The position numbers and the translations under genes were made by a program. From positions 1 through 64,000 of the forward strand of contig JBFMAF010000052.1 of assembly GCA_040755995.1 (NCBI GenBank): a stretch of 64,000 nucleotides of DNA, written 5' to 3'. Of this stretch, positions 49,120 to 60,229 are shown piece after piece; position 1 is the first letter of the stretch; each line of letters starts with the position of its first letter. The notes beneath the pieces were generated by a model, which worked only from the letters and a program-made list of their open reading frames with translations, made no database searches and was not told the DNA's origin. The DNA is from Acidobacteriota bacterium (GTDB lineage: Bacteria; Acidobacteriota; CAIWXX01).

Positions 49120-51405
49120 ATGAGAAAGTACCTGTTGATCACGGCACTGATGCCTGCGCTGCTGGCCCTTGGCTGCGCAGGAACCAAGTACTACAAATCC
49201 GGGCGGCAGGCTGCGGCCGCGCAGGACTGGGAGCGGGCGGTGGCGGAGTACACGCACGCGCTCAAGGAGGAACCCGGCAACAGGATATACCGGCTCCAGC
49301 TCCTCAAGGCGCTTCACGAAGCCGCTTACAAGCATGTGACGGCGGGCCAGAAGATGGCGGAAGCCAAGGATTACAAGGGAGCGGTGGCGGAGTACCAGAA
49401 GGCGATCGAGTACGAGCCGTCGAACCAGTTCGCGGTGCTCCTGCTCAAGACCGCCCAGGAGGCGATGAACGCTCCACCGCTCGAACCGGGCGCGACACCT
49501 GAGACGCAGGCAGTTGGACCGCAGGTGAAGCAGCTGCCCGACACGCCGGTCAATCTCGATTTCAAGAATGCCAACATCAAGGACATCATCCGCGCCCTCG
49601 GCAAGTATGGAGACGTGAATTTCGTCTTCGACGACAGCGTCGCAGACAAGAACTTCAGCATCACTCTGCAGAACGTCAGCTTCGACAAGGCGCTCACCGC
49701 CATCATGGTCTCGACGCATCACTTCTTCCGGATCCTGGACCCTTCCACCATTCTCATCGCCCAGGACAACCCGATGAAGCGGCGGCAGATCGAGCAGGAG
49801 CAGATCAGGACGTTCTACGTGTCGAATGCCGATCTGAACGAGATGCGCGGAATCCTTCAGCAGACCATCCAGGTCAAGTTCGTGGGCGTCAATACGGCGC
49901 TCGGAGCGATCACGGTGCGCGACACGCCGGAGAAGCTGAGGGTGGTCGAGCGGCTCATCGAAGCCAACGACAAGAGCAAGGGCGAGGTGCTGCTGGAGCT
50001 GGAGATAATCGAGGTCAACCGGCAGAAAGTCCAGCAGTTCGGGCTGGACCTGGGAACCAACGCTGCTGCGCAGCCCACGACCGTCACCGGCGCCTTCTCG
50101 CCCGAGGGTTCGACCGGCGGCATCATCCGCGGCCGGGATTTCCTCACGGCCAACTCGCTGGACTACGTGTTCACCCTTCCCACCGTCGCCTACAAGCTCC
50201 TTCTCAGCGACGCCGACTCCAAGGTGATCGCGAATCCGAAGCTGAGGGGAGTCGAGGGAAAACCGATGTCGCTCAAGATGGGTGACAGGGTGCCCATCCC
50301 CGTGACTACTTTCACGCCGATCGCCGGCGGAGGGGCCGCCCAGCAGCCAATCACGTCGTTCCAGTACGAGAATATCGGCATCAACCTCGACGTCACCCCC
50401 AAGATCCATCGCAACAACGAGATCACCCTGGAGATGAAGCTCGATATCTCGGCAATCTCGGGGACGGGCTTCGGAGGGCTCCCGACATTCGGTAACCGGC
50501 AGGTGAACGCCACCATGCGGTTGCGCGAAGGCGAGAGCAATCTGCTCGGCGGACTGCTGCGCGAAGAGGAGAGGAAGGTCGTCTCGGGGCTCCCGGGAAT
50601 CATGAACGTGCCGTTCATAGGCAAGCTCTTCTCGTATAACGACAAGCGCAAAACGCAGACCGATATCGTGCTCTCGCTTACACCGCACATAATCAGGCTG
50701 CCGATGATCACCGAGGAGGACCGGCAGCCCATGTGGGTCGGCACCGAAGAGAACCCGTCTCCGATGGCTTCGCTGCAGCCGATGCGAGGGCCGATGGGCC
50801 GGGAGGAGCCGTCGTTCCAGCCCGGCGAAGAGCCCGGCCGGATGCCGCGCCACGGACGTGGCGGACCAGAGGAGCCGCCGATGGAAGAGGCGCCGGGACC
50901 CGAGGAGGAACCGCCGCCGGAGGTGCCGCAGGGCGGGAGAGCCGCGCTGATGCTCAGCCCGACCTCCAGCGAGGTGGCGCTGAATGCGCAGTTCAGCATC
51001 GCGCTGAACGTGGTGAATGCCGAGAACGTGGGCTCCGCAAACATCACCTTGCGGTACGATCCCGAGTTCCTGAGACTGCAGGAGGCGAACGTCCAGGAAG
51101 GCAGCTTCATGAAGGAAGGCGGCGGGCAGACGTCGTTCTTCAAGACCGTGGATAGCGCGAGCGGCACGCTCACGATCGGGATCACGCGATCCACACCCGG
51201 CAAGGGCGCTTCGGGTTCGGGAAACCTCATCACGCTGGTGTTCGAAGCGACGAGCGAGGGGAGCTGCAGCGTCGACATCGAGAGAGCGACCCTCACAAAC
51301 GCCCAGTTCCAGCCGATCGCAGCCGATATCTCGTCCGTGTCGGACGTCGATATCTACTCGGAAGAGGGCATGCCGGAGGAGGAGCCGCTCGATGAACAGC
51401 AGTGA
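49120..51405 (+). CDS. Secretin (GspD/PilQ family) lipoprotein with N-terminal TPR and C-terminal cohesin-like domain
   Basis: LALGC lipobox; TPR helices; LDFKNANI; GINLDVTPKI; LPGIMNVPFIGKLFS; LTPHII; acidic Pro linker then LRYDP...SGSGNLITLVF. Confidence 0.9.
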   Translation: MRKYLLITALMPALLALGCAGTKYYKSGRQAAAAQDWERAVAEYTHALKEEPGNRIYRLQLLKALHEAAYKHVTAGQKMAEAKDYKGAVAEYQKAIEYEPSNQFAVLLLKTAQEAMNAPPLEPGATPETQAVGPQVKQLPDTPVNLDFKNANIKDIIRALGKYGDVNFVFDDSVADKNFSITLQNVSFDKALTAIMVSTHHFFRILDPSTILIAQDNPMKRRQIEQEQIRTFYVSNADLNEMRGILQQTIQVKFVGVNTALGAITVRDTPEKLRVVERLIEANDKSKGEVLLELEIIEVNRQKVQQFGLDLGTNAAAQPTTVTGAFSPEGSTGGIIRGRDFLTANSLDYVFTLPTVAYKLLLSDADSKVIANPKLRGVEGKPMSLKMGDRVPIPVTTFTPIAGGGAAQQPITSFQYENIGINLDVTPKIHRNNEITLEMKLDISAISGTGFGGLPTFGNRQVNATMRLREGESNLLGGLLREEERKVVSGLPGIMNVPFIGKLFSYNDKRKTQTDIVLSLTPHIIRLPMITEEDRQPMWVGTEENPSPMASLQPMRGPMGREEPSFQPGEEPGRMPRHGRGGPEEPPMEEAPGPEEEPPPEVPQGGRAALMLSPTSSEVALNAQFSIALNVVNAENVGSANITLRYDPEFLRLQEANVQEGSFMKEGGGQTSFFKTVDSASGTLTIGITRSTPGKGASGSGNLITLVFEATSEGSCSVDIERATLTNAQFQPIAADISSVSDVDIYSEEGMPEEEPLDEQQ

Positions 51406-51511
51406 TCATTCGGGAATGATGCGACGCGGAGACGCGGAGAAGCTGAGACGCGGAGAAGAGGCGACTGCCGATCTGGAGGATGGCCGCAACATCGGCGGCG
51501 GAGGAGTGACG

Positions 51512-52195
51512 ATGAAGAAGTTCTTGAGACCGACTCTCATACTGTTCGTGATCGCGATGATAAACGCCTGCAACGACAAGGAGTGCCACTACCAGGAAGG
51601 TGTCGCGACCCTCACGGTGTCGGCGAACCCGTCGTCTATCTCCGCCATCGCTGGCGAATCGTGGGTGACTGCGATCGGTACGGGCCAGGACTACCTGCCG
51701 ATGCCGGATGGCACGGTGGTGAATTTCGTGTCGGATATGGGGGCTTTTGAGCAGGGCGCCGTTGCGACGACATCGGGCGGAATAGCGCGAATCAGATTCC
51801 TGAGCGACGGAAAGAACGGGACGGCCAATATCTACGCCAGGACCGGCACCACGACATCCCCGACGATTCAGGTCAAGATAGGTATACCGGCTGTGGCGTC
51901 GATGATACTGATTGCCAACCCTGGCACGGTCGACGGGGAGGGTGGAAATGTCCACTTGACGGCGACAGTGTACAGCAACGACCAGATACCGCTTCAGGGG
52001 ATTCCGGTTGTCTTCAGCACGGACAACGGCCGGCTGGCCAGCAACGGATCCCCCAGACCGAGCGATTTCAAAGGGCAGTCCAAGGATACCCTCACCCTCT
52101 ACCGCAACGCGACGGGCGATGTACTGGAGATCACCGTCACGGCCACCGTGGGCAGCACCTCGGCTACGGCGAGCATCCAGCAGCTGAAACCGTAG
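51512..52195 (+). CDS. Lipoprotein with two invasin/Big_1-like Ig domains
   Basis: GGAGGAG RBS; INAC lipobox-like; LTVSANP...PDGTVVNF and LIANP...GIPVVFSTD repeats. Confidence 0.78.
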   Translation: MKKFLRPTLILFVIAMINACNDKECHYQEGVATLTVSANPSSISAIAGESWVTAIGTGQDYLPMPDGTVVNFVSDMGAFEQGAVATTSGGIARIRFLSDGKNGTANIYARTGTTTSPTIQVKIGIPAVASMILIANPGTVDGEGGNVHLTATVYSNDQIPLQGIPVVFSTDNGRLASNGSPRPSDFKGQSKDTLTLYRNATGDVLEITVTATVGSTSATASIQQLKP

Positions 52196-52263
52196 AGGAA
52201 GGCCCCCGTGCTGGAGCCCGGTCGCGGTTCATCCCGACTCGACTCAGGTTGGTGTGACGAGTC

Positions 52264-52539
52264 ATGAAGGCAGTTGAGATGGTCGAAGCCTCGGCACCGC
52301 TCCGCGACTACGCTCGCAGGGTGCGAAGGGATCCGCTCATCGTGACTGAGCATGGCAAGCCTGTAGCCGCGCTCGTCGGAATCACGAACGCGGATATCGA
52401 AACAGCCAGCCTGTGCACCAATCCTGCGTGCGTGGCCTTGATCGAGAGATCGCGAGCGCGTCAGGAGCGAGAAGGCGGCGTCTCTCCGGAGGAGATGCGC
52501 CGCCGGCTCCGTCTCGCGGACAAGCGACGCCGTAGATAG
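52264..52539 (+). CDS. Phd/YefM-family antitoxin with no adjacent toxin
   Basis: PLIVTEHGKPVAALV motif, 91 aa. Confidence 0.8.
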   Translation: MKAVEMVEASAPLRDYARRVRRDPLIVTEHGKPVAALVGITNADIETASLCTNPACVALIERSRARQEREGGVSPEEMRRRLRLADKRRRR

Positions 52540-52890
52540 GGCCAGGGACCCTTACCGGTCCCGGCAGCAGGGGCTCACGGCGACCGAAGCCCAACTGGCG
52601 CTCCGGCAACATGTTGAGTCGAACCGGGCCCCCACGCGTCTAGTGAGCCACCTGCTCCCCGCCTGTTGACCCGGTCTGATCCATCCTGCCGAGCATCTCA
52701 GCCACGTACGCAGCACGCGCAGCTGCGTCTACGATGCGATCGCGGTCGTGGCACCATGCCGCCAAGTCCTCCACATCCACATCGACCCTCGACGCCTGCA
52801 CACCCCTCTCGGCAGCCCCCGCATTCCGTGGATGCACCCTGACTCGTCACGGGATTGAGAAGGCGAGTTTGTCGGTTTGTCGCATGATTC

Positions 52891-52919
52891 TTGAACCGCC
52901 ACCTCCGACGTGCTAGAGT
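52891..52919 (+). promoter_or_regulatory. Sigma70-type promoter of the vapBC-like operon
   Basis: TTGAAC-N17-TAGAGT with extended -10 TG. Confidence 0.5.
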
Positions 52920-52949
52920 AAAGTGATTGATGCTCTTGGGGGCACAGAT

Positions 52950-53168
52950 ATGACAATTGTAAAGCTCTCCTCGAAGTACCAAATGGTGCTCCCGAAGGAA
53001 GCACGCGAGGCTATGAAGGTGGACCGGGGGGCGCAGTTGCTCGTCTTCGTGAGGGGCGGGGTCACGGTTATCATGCCGAAGCCCGACAGATATGCTCGCG
53101 CCCTCGCCGGAATTGCCAGGGGCCTGTATCCGCGTGACTACCTGGCTTCGGAGCGGCGGTCATGGTGA
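52950..53168 (+). CDS. AbrB/MazE/SpoVT-family antitoxin
   Basis: KLSSKYQMVLPKEAREAM; overlaps the PIN gene. Confidence 0.88.
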   Translation: MTIVKLSSKYQMVLPKEAREAMKVDRGAQLLVFVRGGVTVIMPKPDRYARALAGIARGLYPRDYLASERRSW

Positions 53169-53611
53169 CCCCGGCGGAGCTGGATGCGTTCCTTCAGAAA
53201 CACAAGCGGATCGGCATTGATTCAAACGTCCTCATCTACTTCGTCGAGGGACACAGCAGGTTCGGATCCCTGGCGACTCGCGTGTTCGACAGGGTCGAGG
53301 CCGGGCGCAACAGTGCTGTGTGCGCGACGGTCTCTCTGCTCGAGATCCTCGTGCAACCCTACAGGCGTGACGACACGCCGCTGGTGAACAAGTTCTACGG
53401 GCTGCTCACCACGTATCCTCATCTCTCGTTTATGGATCTGACTGCGACGACGGCCGATCTGGCCGCACGCCTGCGCGCGAGGTACGGCCTGAAGACTCCG
53501 GACGCCATCGTCATCGCCTCCGCCATCCAGGCCGGAGCGACCGGCCTCGTGGCGAACGATCTGCGCATCAAGGCGATGCCGGAAATCGATCTGCTGCTGC
53601 TGTCTGCCTGA
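53162..53611 (+). CDS. vapC: PIN-domain (VapC-family) toxin
   Basis: IDSNVLIY, LLEIL, LKTPDAIVIASA, VAND acidic residues. Confidence 0.9.
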   Translation: MVTPAELDAFLQKHKRIGIDSNVLIYFVEGHSRFGSLATRVFDRVEAGRNSAVCATVSLLEILVQPYRRDDTPLVNKFYGLLTTYPHLSFMDLTATTADLAARLRARYGLKTPDAIVIASAIQAGATGLVANDLRIKAMPEIDLLLLSA

Positions 53612-53691
53612 CAATACCAGCGAGGCTGCACCTAGGACCTGCGAGACGTGCTACAGTCGGGGAAGTGGCTGCACGAGCATGGAGTATCCGA

Positions 53692-53937
53692 ATGAAGAGA
53701 CATTCAATGACCGAGGCGAAGAACGACATCTGCAGCATCATCCGAGAAGCAGAGAAAGAGGAGGTCCTTATTACTCGTCACGGCAGGCCGGCTGCGGTAG
53801 TTATCGGATTCCGTGACGAAGAGGATTGGTTCGACTACAGGCTCGAACGAGATGAGGGATTCCTTCGGAGGATCGCGAAGGCCAGGGAAGAGACTCGAAA
53901 AGGGCAGTTCGTCGCACTCGACGAGTTGCCCGATTGA
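53692..53937 (+). CDS. Phd/YefM-family antitoxin with no adjacent toxin
   Basis: SMTEAKND...EVLITRHGRPAAVVI; GGAG RBS. Confidence 0.85.
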   Translation: MKRHSMTEAKNDICSIIREAEKEEVLITRHGRPAAVVIGFRDEEDWFDYRLERDEGFLRRIAKAREETRKGQFVALDELPD

Positions 53938-54117
53938 ACCGAAACGGCGCGGCACACAAGGACCCGTTCGCGATCACGTGGACCTCCACATTCACGGGCG
54001 CGAGGATAGTGCCGCCCGGCTACATGGCGGCGGGGCAGCACGGGGGCACGGCGGCCAAGACTCTTGCAATGTGTGTTGTCAAGAGGAGTATAATGCGCGG
54101 GTTTGGGGGTTGATTGA

Positions 54118-54777
54118 ATGAGATGGATTATTAGCTACTACGGAACCACAATCGGCAAAAAGGTCTTCATGGCCGTAACCGGCCTGTGCCTGTTCGGGTT
54201 CGTTCTGGTGCACATGATCGGCAACCTGCAGGTCTACGCCGGCCAGGCGCGGCTCGACGCCTACGCCGCGTTCCTCGCCCACAACGAGAAGCTCCTCTGG
54301 GTGGCACGACTGGCACTGCTGCTCCTCGTGGCCCTCCACATCATCGCAGCCGTGCAGGTCTGGTGGCGGAACCGCGGCGCCCGCCCGGTCGAGTACCGCG
54401 GAAAGGCGGACCTGGGGATCGATTACGCCGCACGCACGATGGTCTGGAGCGGCCCGATCATCGCGGCCTTCGTCCTCTATCACCTGTTCCACTTCACTTG
54501 GGGCACGGTCCATCCGAGCTACATCGTGGGAGCCGTCTACCACAACGTCGTCACGGGGTTCCAGGTCCCCTGGGTCGCCGCCTTCTACATCATCGCCAAC
54601 TTCCTCCTTGCAGTGCACCTCTACCACGGGCTCTGGAGCTGGTTCCAGACGCTCGGCCTGGAACACCCGCGGTACAACGCGCTGCGCCGCGTCTTCGCGG
54701 TAGGACTCTCGGTGCTCATCGGAATTGGCAACATTTCGATCCCGTTGTCCGTGTTGACGGGATTGGTGAGGGAGTAA
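54118..54777 (+). CDS. sdhC: Succinate dehydrogenase/fumarate reductase cytochrome b subunit
   Basis: [18 protein letters not shown], 5 TM segments with heme-ligand His; TATAAT at 54089-54094. Confidence 0.93.
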   Translation: MRWIISYYGTTIGKKVFMAVTGLCLFGFVLVHMIGNLQVYAGQARLDAYAAFLAHNEKLLWVARLALLLLVALHIIAAVQVWWRNRGARPVEYRGKADLGIDYAARTMVWSGPIIAAFVLYHLFHFTWGTVHPSYIVGAVYHNVVTGFQVPWVAAFYIIANFLLAVHLYHGLWSWFQTLGLEHPRYNALRRVFAVGLSVLIGIGNISIPLSVLTGLVRE

Positions 54778-54781
54778 TCGC

Positions 54782-56695
54782 ATGAGGTTGGAGGCTAGAA
54801 TCCCTTCGGGCCCGATGGATCAGAAATGGAGCCGGCGGCGTGACGAGATCAAGCTCGTAAACCCGGCGAACAAGCGAAAATACACCGTGATCGTGGTCGG
54901 CACGGGTCTGGCCGGCGCATCGGCGGCGGCGAGCCTCGGCGAGCTCGGCTTCAACGTAAAGGTCTTCTGTTACCAGGACAGCGCCCGCCGCGCCCACAGC
55001 ATCGCCGCTCAGGGCGGCATCAACGCCGCCAAGAACTACCAGAACGACGGCGACTCCGTCTACCGCCTCTTCTACGACACCGTCAAGGGCGGCGACTACC
55101 GGGCGCGAGAGGCGAACGTGTACCGGCTGGCCGAGGTAAGCTGCAACATCATCGACCAGTGCGTCGCCCAGGGCGTGCCTTTCGCGCGCGAGTATGCCGG
55201 CGTCCTCGACAACCGCTCGTTCGGCGGCGCGCTCGTCTCGCGCACCTTCTACGCTCGCGGACAGACCGGCCAGCAGCTGCTGCTCGGCGCCTACTCGGCC
55301 CTCTGCCGCCAGATCGGGGCGGGCACCTGCGAGATGCACCCGCGCTCCGAGATGCTCGACCTCGTGATCGCCGGCGGCCGCGCGCGCGGCATCGTCACTC
55401 GCGACATGGTGACCGGCAAGATCGAATCGTGGGTCGGCGACGCCGTGCTGCTCTGTACCGGCGGCTACAGCAACGTCTTCTACCTCTCGACCAACGCCAA
55501 GGGCTGCAACGCCACCGCCATCTGGCGCGCGTACAAGCGCGGCGCGGGATTCGCCAATCCCTGCTACACGCAGATCCACCCGACCTGCATCCCGCAGGCC
55601 GGCGAATACCAGTCGAAGCTCACGCTCATGAGCGAGTCGTTGCGCAACGACGGCCGCATCTGGGTTCCGCTCAAGGCGGGCGACAATCGCCGGGCCGCCG
55701 ACATCCCCGAAGCCGAGCGGGACTACTACCTCGAGCGCATCTACCCGTCTTACGGCAACCTGGCGCCGCGCGACGTGTCGTCGCGCGCCGCGAAGCGCAT
55801 GTGCGACGAGGGACGCGGTGTCGGGCCCGGCGGCCGCGGTGTCTACCTCGACTTCGCAGACTCAATCAAGCGACTCGGCGAAAACGTCATCCGCGTGCGC
55901 TACGGGAACCTGTGCGAGATGTACGAGCGGATCACGGGTGAGGATCCGTACAAGGTGCCGATGCGCATCTACCCGGCGCCCCACTACACCATGGGCGGGC
56001 TCTGGGTGGACTACGACCTGATGAGCAACATCGACGGGCTGTTCGTGCTTGGCGAGGCCAACTTCTCGGATCACGGCGCGAACAGGCTCGGCGCCAGCGC
56101 CCTCATGCAGGGTCTGGCCGACGGCTACTTCGTCATCCCGTACACATTGGCCCACTACCTGGCGAGCACCAAGTTCGAGAAGCTCGACAGCTCGAACGCG
56201 GCGTTTCGCGACGCCGAAGGGTACGTGCAGGATCGCATGAAGAAGCTGCTGTCGATCAACGGCAAACGATCGGTGGACTCGTTCCATCGCGAGCTGGGCT
56301 TGATCATGTGGGAGTACTGCGGGATGGGACGGACGCGCGAGGGGCTCACGGGGGCAATCGACAAGATCCGCGGGCTGCGCGCCGAGTTCTGGCGCGATCT
56401 GCGGGTGCTTGGCGAAGCCGCCGATCTCAACCAGGAGCTCGAGAAGGCCGGCCGGGTGGCCGACTACTTCGAGCTCGGCGAGCTGCTGTGCCTGGACGCG
56501 CTGGAGCGCGAGGAGTCGTGCGGCGGGCACTTCCGCGAGGAGTACCAGACGGCCGAGGGCGAGGCGAAGCGCGACGACGCTAAGTTCTGCCACGTGGGCG
56601 TCTGGGAGTACCAGGGCGACGACCGGAAGCCGGCGCGCAACGTCGAACCGCTGGAATTCGAGACGCTGCAACTCAGCACCAGGAGCTACAAGTAA
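54782..56695 (+). CDS. sdhA: Succinate dehydrogenase/fumarate reductase flavoprotein subunit
   Basis: [47 protein letters not shown]. Confidence 0.96.
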   Translation: MRLEARIPSGPMDQKWSRRRDEIKLVNPANKRKYTVIVVGTGLAGASAAASLGELGFNVKVFCYQDSARRAHSIAAQGGINAAKNYQNDGDSVYRLFYDTVKGGDYRAREANVYRLAEVSCNIIDQCVAQGVPFAREYAGVLDNRSFGGALVSRTFYARGQTGQQLLLGAYSALCRQIGAGTCEMHPRSEMLDLVIAGGRARGIVTRDMVTGKIESWVGDAVLLCTGGYSNVFYLSTNAKGCNATAIWRAYKRGAGFANPCYTQIHPTCIPQAGEYQSKLTLMSESLRNDGRIWVPLKAGDNRRAADIPEAERDYYLERIYPSYGNLAPRDVSSRAAKRMCDEGRGVGPGGRGVYLDFADSIKRLGENVIRVRYGNLCEMYERITGEDPYKVPMRIYPAPHYTMGGLWVDYDLMSNIDGLFVLGEANFSDHGANRLGASALMQGLADGYFVIPYTLAHYLASTKFEKLDSSNAAFRDAEGYVQDRMKKLLSINGKRSVDSFHRELGLIMWEYCGMGRTREGLTGAIDKIRGLRAEFWRDLRVLGEAADLNQELEKAGRVADYFELGELLCLDALEREESCGGHFREEYQTAEGEAKRDDAKFCHVGVWEYQGDDRKPARNVEPLEFETLQLSTRSYK

Positions 56696-57465
56696 TGAAC
56701 CTCACACTTCATATCTGGCGGCAGAAGAACCGAAACGACAAAGGACGCTTCGTCACGTATCCGTTGAAGGACGTGAGCGAGCACATGTCCTTCCTGGAGA
56801 TGCTTGACATACTGAACGAGCAGCTGATCGGGCGGGGCGAGGAGCCCGTGGCGTTCGAGCATGATTGCCGCGAGGGCATCTGCGGATGCTGCGGCATGGT
56901 GATCGGCGGCGCGCCGCACGGCGGGCACGCCGGCACCACCGTCTGCCAGCTCCACATGCGCCACTTCAAGGACGGCGACGAGGTGATCATCGAGCCCTGG
57001 CGCGCCAAGGCTTTCCCGGTGCTGAAGGACCTGATCGTGGATCGCAGCTCCTTTGACCGGATCATGTACGCAGGCGGCTACATCTCGGTGCGCACCGGGA
57101 GCGCTCCCGAGGCCAATTCGATCCTGATCCCGAAGGACGTGGCCGAGAAGGCGATGGACTACGCCGAGTGCATCGGGTGCGGGGCGTGTGTCGCGGCCTG
57201 CCCGAACGGCGCGGCGATGCTGTTCGTCAGCGCGAAGATCTCGCAATTCGGGCTGTTGCCGCAGGGGCAGCCCGAGCGGATGCGTCGCGCGCAGAACATG
57301 GTCCTGGCGATGGAGAAGGAAGGGTTCGGGTCCTGCACCAACTACACCGCGTGCGAGATCGCCTGCCCGAAGCGGATCGGCATCAGCGGCATAGCGCGCA
57401 TGAACCGCGACTTCAACAAGGCGATGCTCTGCACGGTGGAGGCCGCCTCAGGCAAGCGCGCGTAG
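56695..57465 (+). CDS. sdhB: Succinate dehydrogenase/fumarate reductase iron-sulfur subunit
   Basis: [33 protein letters not shown]. Confidence 0.96.
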   Translation: MNLTLHIWRQKNRNDKGRFVTYPLKDVSEHMSFLEMLDILNEQLIGRGEEPVAFEHDCREGICGCCGMVIGGAPHGGHAGTTVCQLHMRHFKDGDEVIIEPWRAKAFPVLKDLIVDRSSFDRIMYAGGYISVRTGSAPEANSILIPKDVAEKAMDYAECIGCGACVAACPNGAAMLFVSAKISQFGLLPQGQPERMRRAQNMVLAMEKEGFGSCTNYTACEIACPKRIGISGIARMNRDFNKAMLCTVEAASGKRA

Positions 57466-57480
57466 AAGAGACTCGGGGTC

Positions 57481-57571
57481 CACTGCCAAACAGCCGCCGA
57501 GGGAGCTCAAGCAGCCGCGCCGAACTGAGGGCGATCACCGGTCCGGCGTTGCAGACGACGCGGCGCGTCAT
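57481..57571 (-). pseudogene. Truncated 5' end of a DUF3368-like PIN toxin
   Basis: ATGA overlap with the UPF0175 stop; reads MTRRVVCNAGPVIALSSARLLELPRRLFG, then runs into the sdhB end. Confidence 0.7.
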
Positions 57572-57819
57572 TCCTGACCGAACTCGCGATGGAGCTCGTC
57601 CGCATCCCAGCTCACACTGGAAGCCCCGAATCTACTACAGCTGAGCAGGAACTCGACTCGGCTGACGCCGGCCAGAGTTGCGGCCTGCCCGGATGTCAGT
57701 CTTCCCATTTCGAAGAGTTTCACGGCCATGGCCAACTTCGCCTCAGCCTCGAAATCAGCAGTGCTCTGATTTGCCACGGCCGTGAGTGACTCAGGGTACT
57801 CTATGCTCATTGTCTTCAT
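57568..57819 (-). CDS. UPF0175-family protein (putative antitoxin)
   Basis: AVKLFEMGRLTSGQAATLAGVSRVEFL motif. Confidence 0.88.
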   Translation of the reverse strand: MKTMSIEYPESLTAVANQSTADFEAEAKLAMAVKLFEMGRLTSGQAATLAGVSRVEFLLSCSRFGASSVSWDADELHREFGQE

Positions 57820-58053
57820 GGGCACCCCCGTCTATTCATTTTCAGCCTAGCACTCCCGCGCCGCAACCTCAAGTCACCACGGGATGATGGGATGATGGAT
57901 GGCGGGACGCCAGTGCCGGCTTGGCGGATTGGTCTCTGGGGATCAGCGAACGTGTTGCCGCAGATTCGCCAGATGCCGTCTGTCGAATTGCCGGCGGCTG
58001 GGAAATGCCAGACAACCTCTGGCAAATCGCAGCTTGATCCATTCTGTGGTGGT

Positions 58054-58287
58054 TCAGGAACGGTCTACCACTCTCACAGGCTTGCAGCGCTTTCCAAAGA
58101 CCTCGTCAAGAAACGCTTCTCGATCCAAGGTCGCCTGCCACTTGCGATGGCGTCGCACGGATTCAAGACGTCGGTGGCGCGGCATGGTTATGAAACGCAA
58201 AGCCTCGACGGGGCCGAGGGCGGCAAGGAGCGCGTCGACCCCGCGCTGGACGTTTATCTCTTCCGAGAGCAGCGTCTGTGTTTTCAT
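58054..58287 (-). CDS. Small putative antitoxin-like protein, orphan
   Basis: AAGGAG RBS; RGVDALLAALGPVEALRFI pattern, seen in PIN-associated small proteins (inference). Confidence 0.6.
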   Translation of the reverse strand: MKTQTLLSEEINVQRGVDALLAALGPVEALRFITMPRHRRLESVRRHRKWQATLDREAFLDEVFGKRCKPVRVVDRS

Positions 58288-58430
58288 CTCAGGTTCTCCT
58301 TTTCGCAATAGGCGATCGGCGTCCCAAACCAACAGCCCGGAACGATGCGCCTGCAGAGGGCGATCAGCCGAGGGACGCGCGATGTCGCACCGCTGTAATC
58401 TGCCCGGGGGCACGGCGGCGGCCGTACGCG

Positions 58431-59999
58431 CTAGTTGGACATGGAGCGGTGTCCTCGCACGAAATCCCGCAGACACGAGAAGGTCGACGGGGCCGGGCGA
58501 TCGGCTGCCGAGGGCGCTCGGTGGCGAAGCATCTGCTCCAGTTGTCCATCGGCCGCCGCGTCCTCTCCCGCGCTGGGAGCGGCGGCGAGGAGACCACCGC
58601 ACCAGGACGTCTGGGGCGCAGACAGGTTGGAAATGACGAACTTGCCCGGAGTCGCGGCGGCGGTGCCCTTGCCGATGACAAAGGTGGCGGTCTTCTCGTA
58701 GAGCGCGAACGCCTGTTGGAGCGGCTTGTACTTGTTTGGCTTCACCTTTGGGCAGGTGGCGCCGCTCGGATTGGTCGTCATCGAACACAATTCCCGGCTG
58801 GTGTAGTCGTTGTATGAACGCCCGATGAGCGCGAATCCGCCCGCGGCAAGCTCGCTGATTCCGAGGAAGTGATTGTAGTAGTGGCCGCCCAGGACATACG
58901 TGCGATTAACTTTGGCGGCACCCGTGGAAGTCATCTTGGCGAACCACGCCAGCCTGCTTCCCGACTCCGGATAGACGACTCCGGCGAACATGCATCCGCC
59001 GTCTTTGGCGAGAGAGGCGTCCCGCAGCTCGAGATCGTCGTCGTAGCTCTTCGGCGCGAACTTCCTGGCCCATTGTACCTTCCCCGTTGCATCCAGCTTC
59101 GCGGCCCATGGGACTTCATCCACCCAATCACAACCCACCAGCATGTAGCCGCCATCGCTGGTGGGGATGATCCGCCAGGCCTCGATCAGGAACTTGCCAA
59201 ACGGCGCTTCCGCGCGCCCGTAGTCACCTGCGTCATAGATCTTCTGCCAGAGGATATCGCCTGCGGCATTCATCTTCAGGATCAGAATACCCACGTCCGT
59301 CGTGGTCCACGTGCCTCCGAAGTAATACCAACCGACGCTGATATAGCCCCCGTCCGCTGTCTGCCGCACGTCGGTCATGTCGAGATACTTGTACGGGTCG
59401 GACGTTTTCACGGCAATGGCTTTCTGGAAAAGGACGGCGCCGGCAGCGTCGAGCCTCACAATCCATCCCTTGCTCTCGTCGTTGTACCAGTCGGTCGACT
59501 TGTTCAGGTGCTCTATCTCGCCACAGGCGATGTAACCACCGGCGGCAAGCTCGTCGACATGATTGAAGGTGTATTCATAGTTCCACTTGCCGACCCCGTA
59601 GGTCTTCTGCAAGGCGATCGCCCCGGCGGGTGACAGTTCCAGGAGCACGGCATCGGTACTGTTCGCGTGGCTGTTGTCGAACTTCGGCGTTCGACTTCCC
59701 CATAGCAGGAAGTTACCCGACTTCAACTGCCGGCACCCATTGGCACTTGAAGAGAGCGGTTCGTCATACCCTTTGGCCCATTGCACCGAGCCGGTGGAGC
59801 TGGCCTTCAGGGCACAGATCTGGAGACCGCCGGCGCTTTTCCCGACGGACGTCGCAATGATCAGGGACCCGTCCGAGTTCACGCTGATCCTGGTGGGCTC
59901 CTCGGTCTGTATGTCGTACGTCTGCACCCATTGTTGCGCATGGGCGGGAATAAGGATGAACAAGGGGAGAATCAGCCAAAGGACACATCGCGTCTTCAT
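58431..59999 (-). CDS. Secreted repeat beta-propeller protein
   Basis: Signal peptide; repeated (T/A)xDGGY..G and K(L/M)D..G.(V/I).W.K.Y units; GGAGGT RBS. Confidence 0.8.
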   Translation of the reverse strand: MKTRCVLWLILPLFILIPAHAQQWVQTYDIQTEEPTRISVNSDGSLIIATSVGKSAGGLQICALKASSTGSVQWAKGYDEPLSSSANGCRQLKSGNFLLWGSRTPKFDNSHANSTDAVLLELSPAGAIALQKTYGVGKWNYEYTFNHVDELAAGGYIACGEIEHLNKSTDWYNDESKGWIVRLDAAGAVLFQKAIAVKTSDPYKYLDMTDVRQTADGGYISVGWYYFGGTWTTTDVGILILKMNAAGDILWQKIYDAGDYGRAEAPFGKFLIEAWRIIPTSDGGYMLVGCDWVDEVPWAAKLDATGKVQWARKFAPKSYDDDLELRDASLAKDGGCMFAGVVYPESGSRLAWFAKMTSTGAAKVNRTYVLGGHYYNHFLGISELAAGGFALIGRSYNDYTSRELCSMTTNPSGATCPKVKPNKYKPLQQAFALYEKTATFVIGKGTAAATPGKFVISNLSAPQTSWCGGLLAAAPSAGEDAAADGQLEQMLRHRAPSAADRPAPSTFSCLRDFVRGHRSMSN

Positions 60000-60229
60000 C
60001 TTGGACCTCCTGTTTCAAATGGGTTCGGCTGCTTCATGCCGCAATAAGTGTCACCGTACCGGCCCTGATGTCAAGACCCAGCCTTCAGTGTTTCAGTGCA
60101 GCGCCGGCTCCGTGCGAGGTGGAGCCGCTGCATCAGGCACCGCGCGAAGAACCTCGTCGCGGCGCCGCATCCAGAGATGTCGCAGGCTCGTTGACAGACT
60201 GATCCACGCGCCGGTATCCTGCATTCGAA

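Noticed and set aside
53938..54010. Toxin remnant after the second Phd gene (DPFAITWTSTF)
   Set aside because: Too short and without a start codon; cannot be supported by eye.
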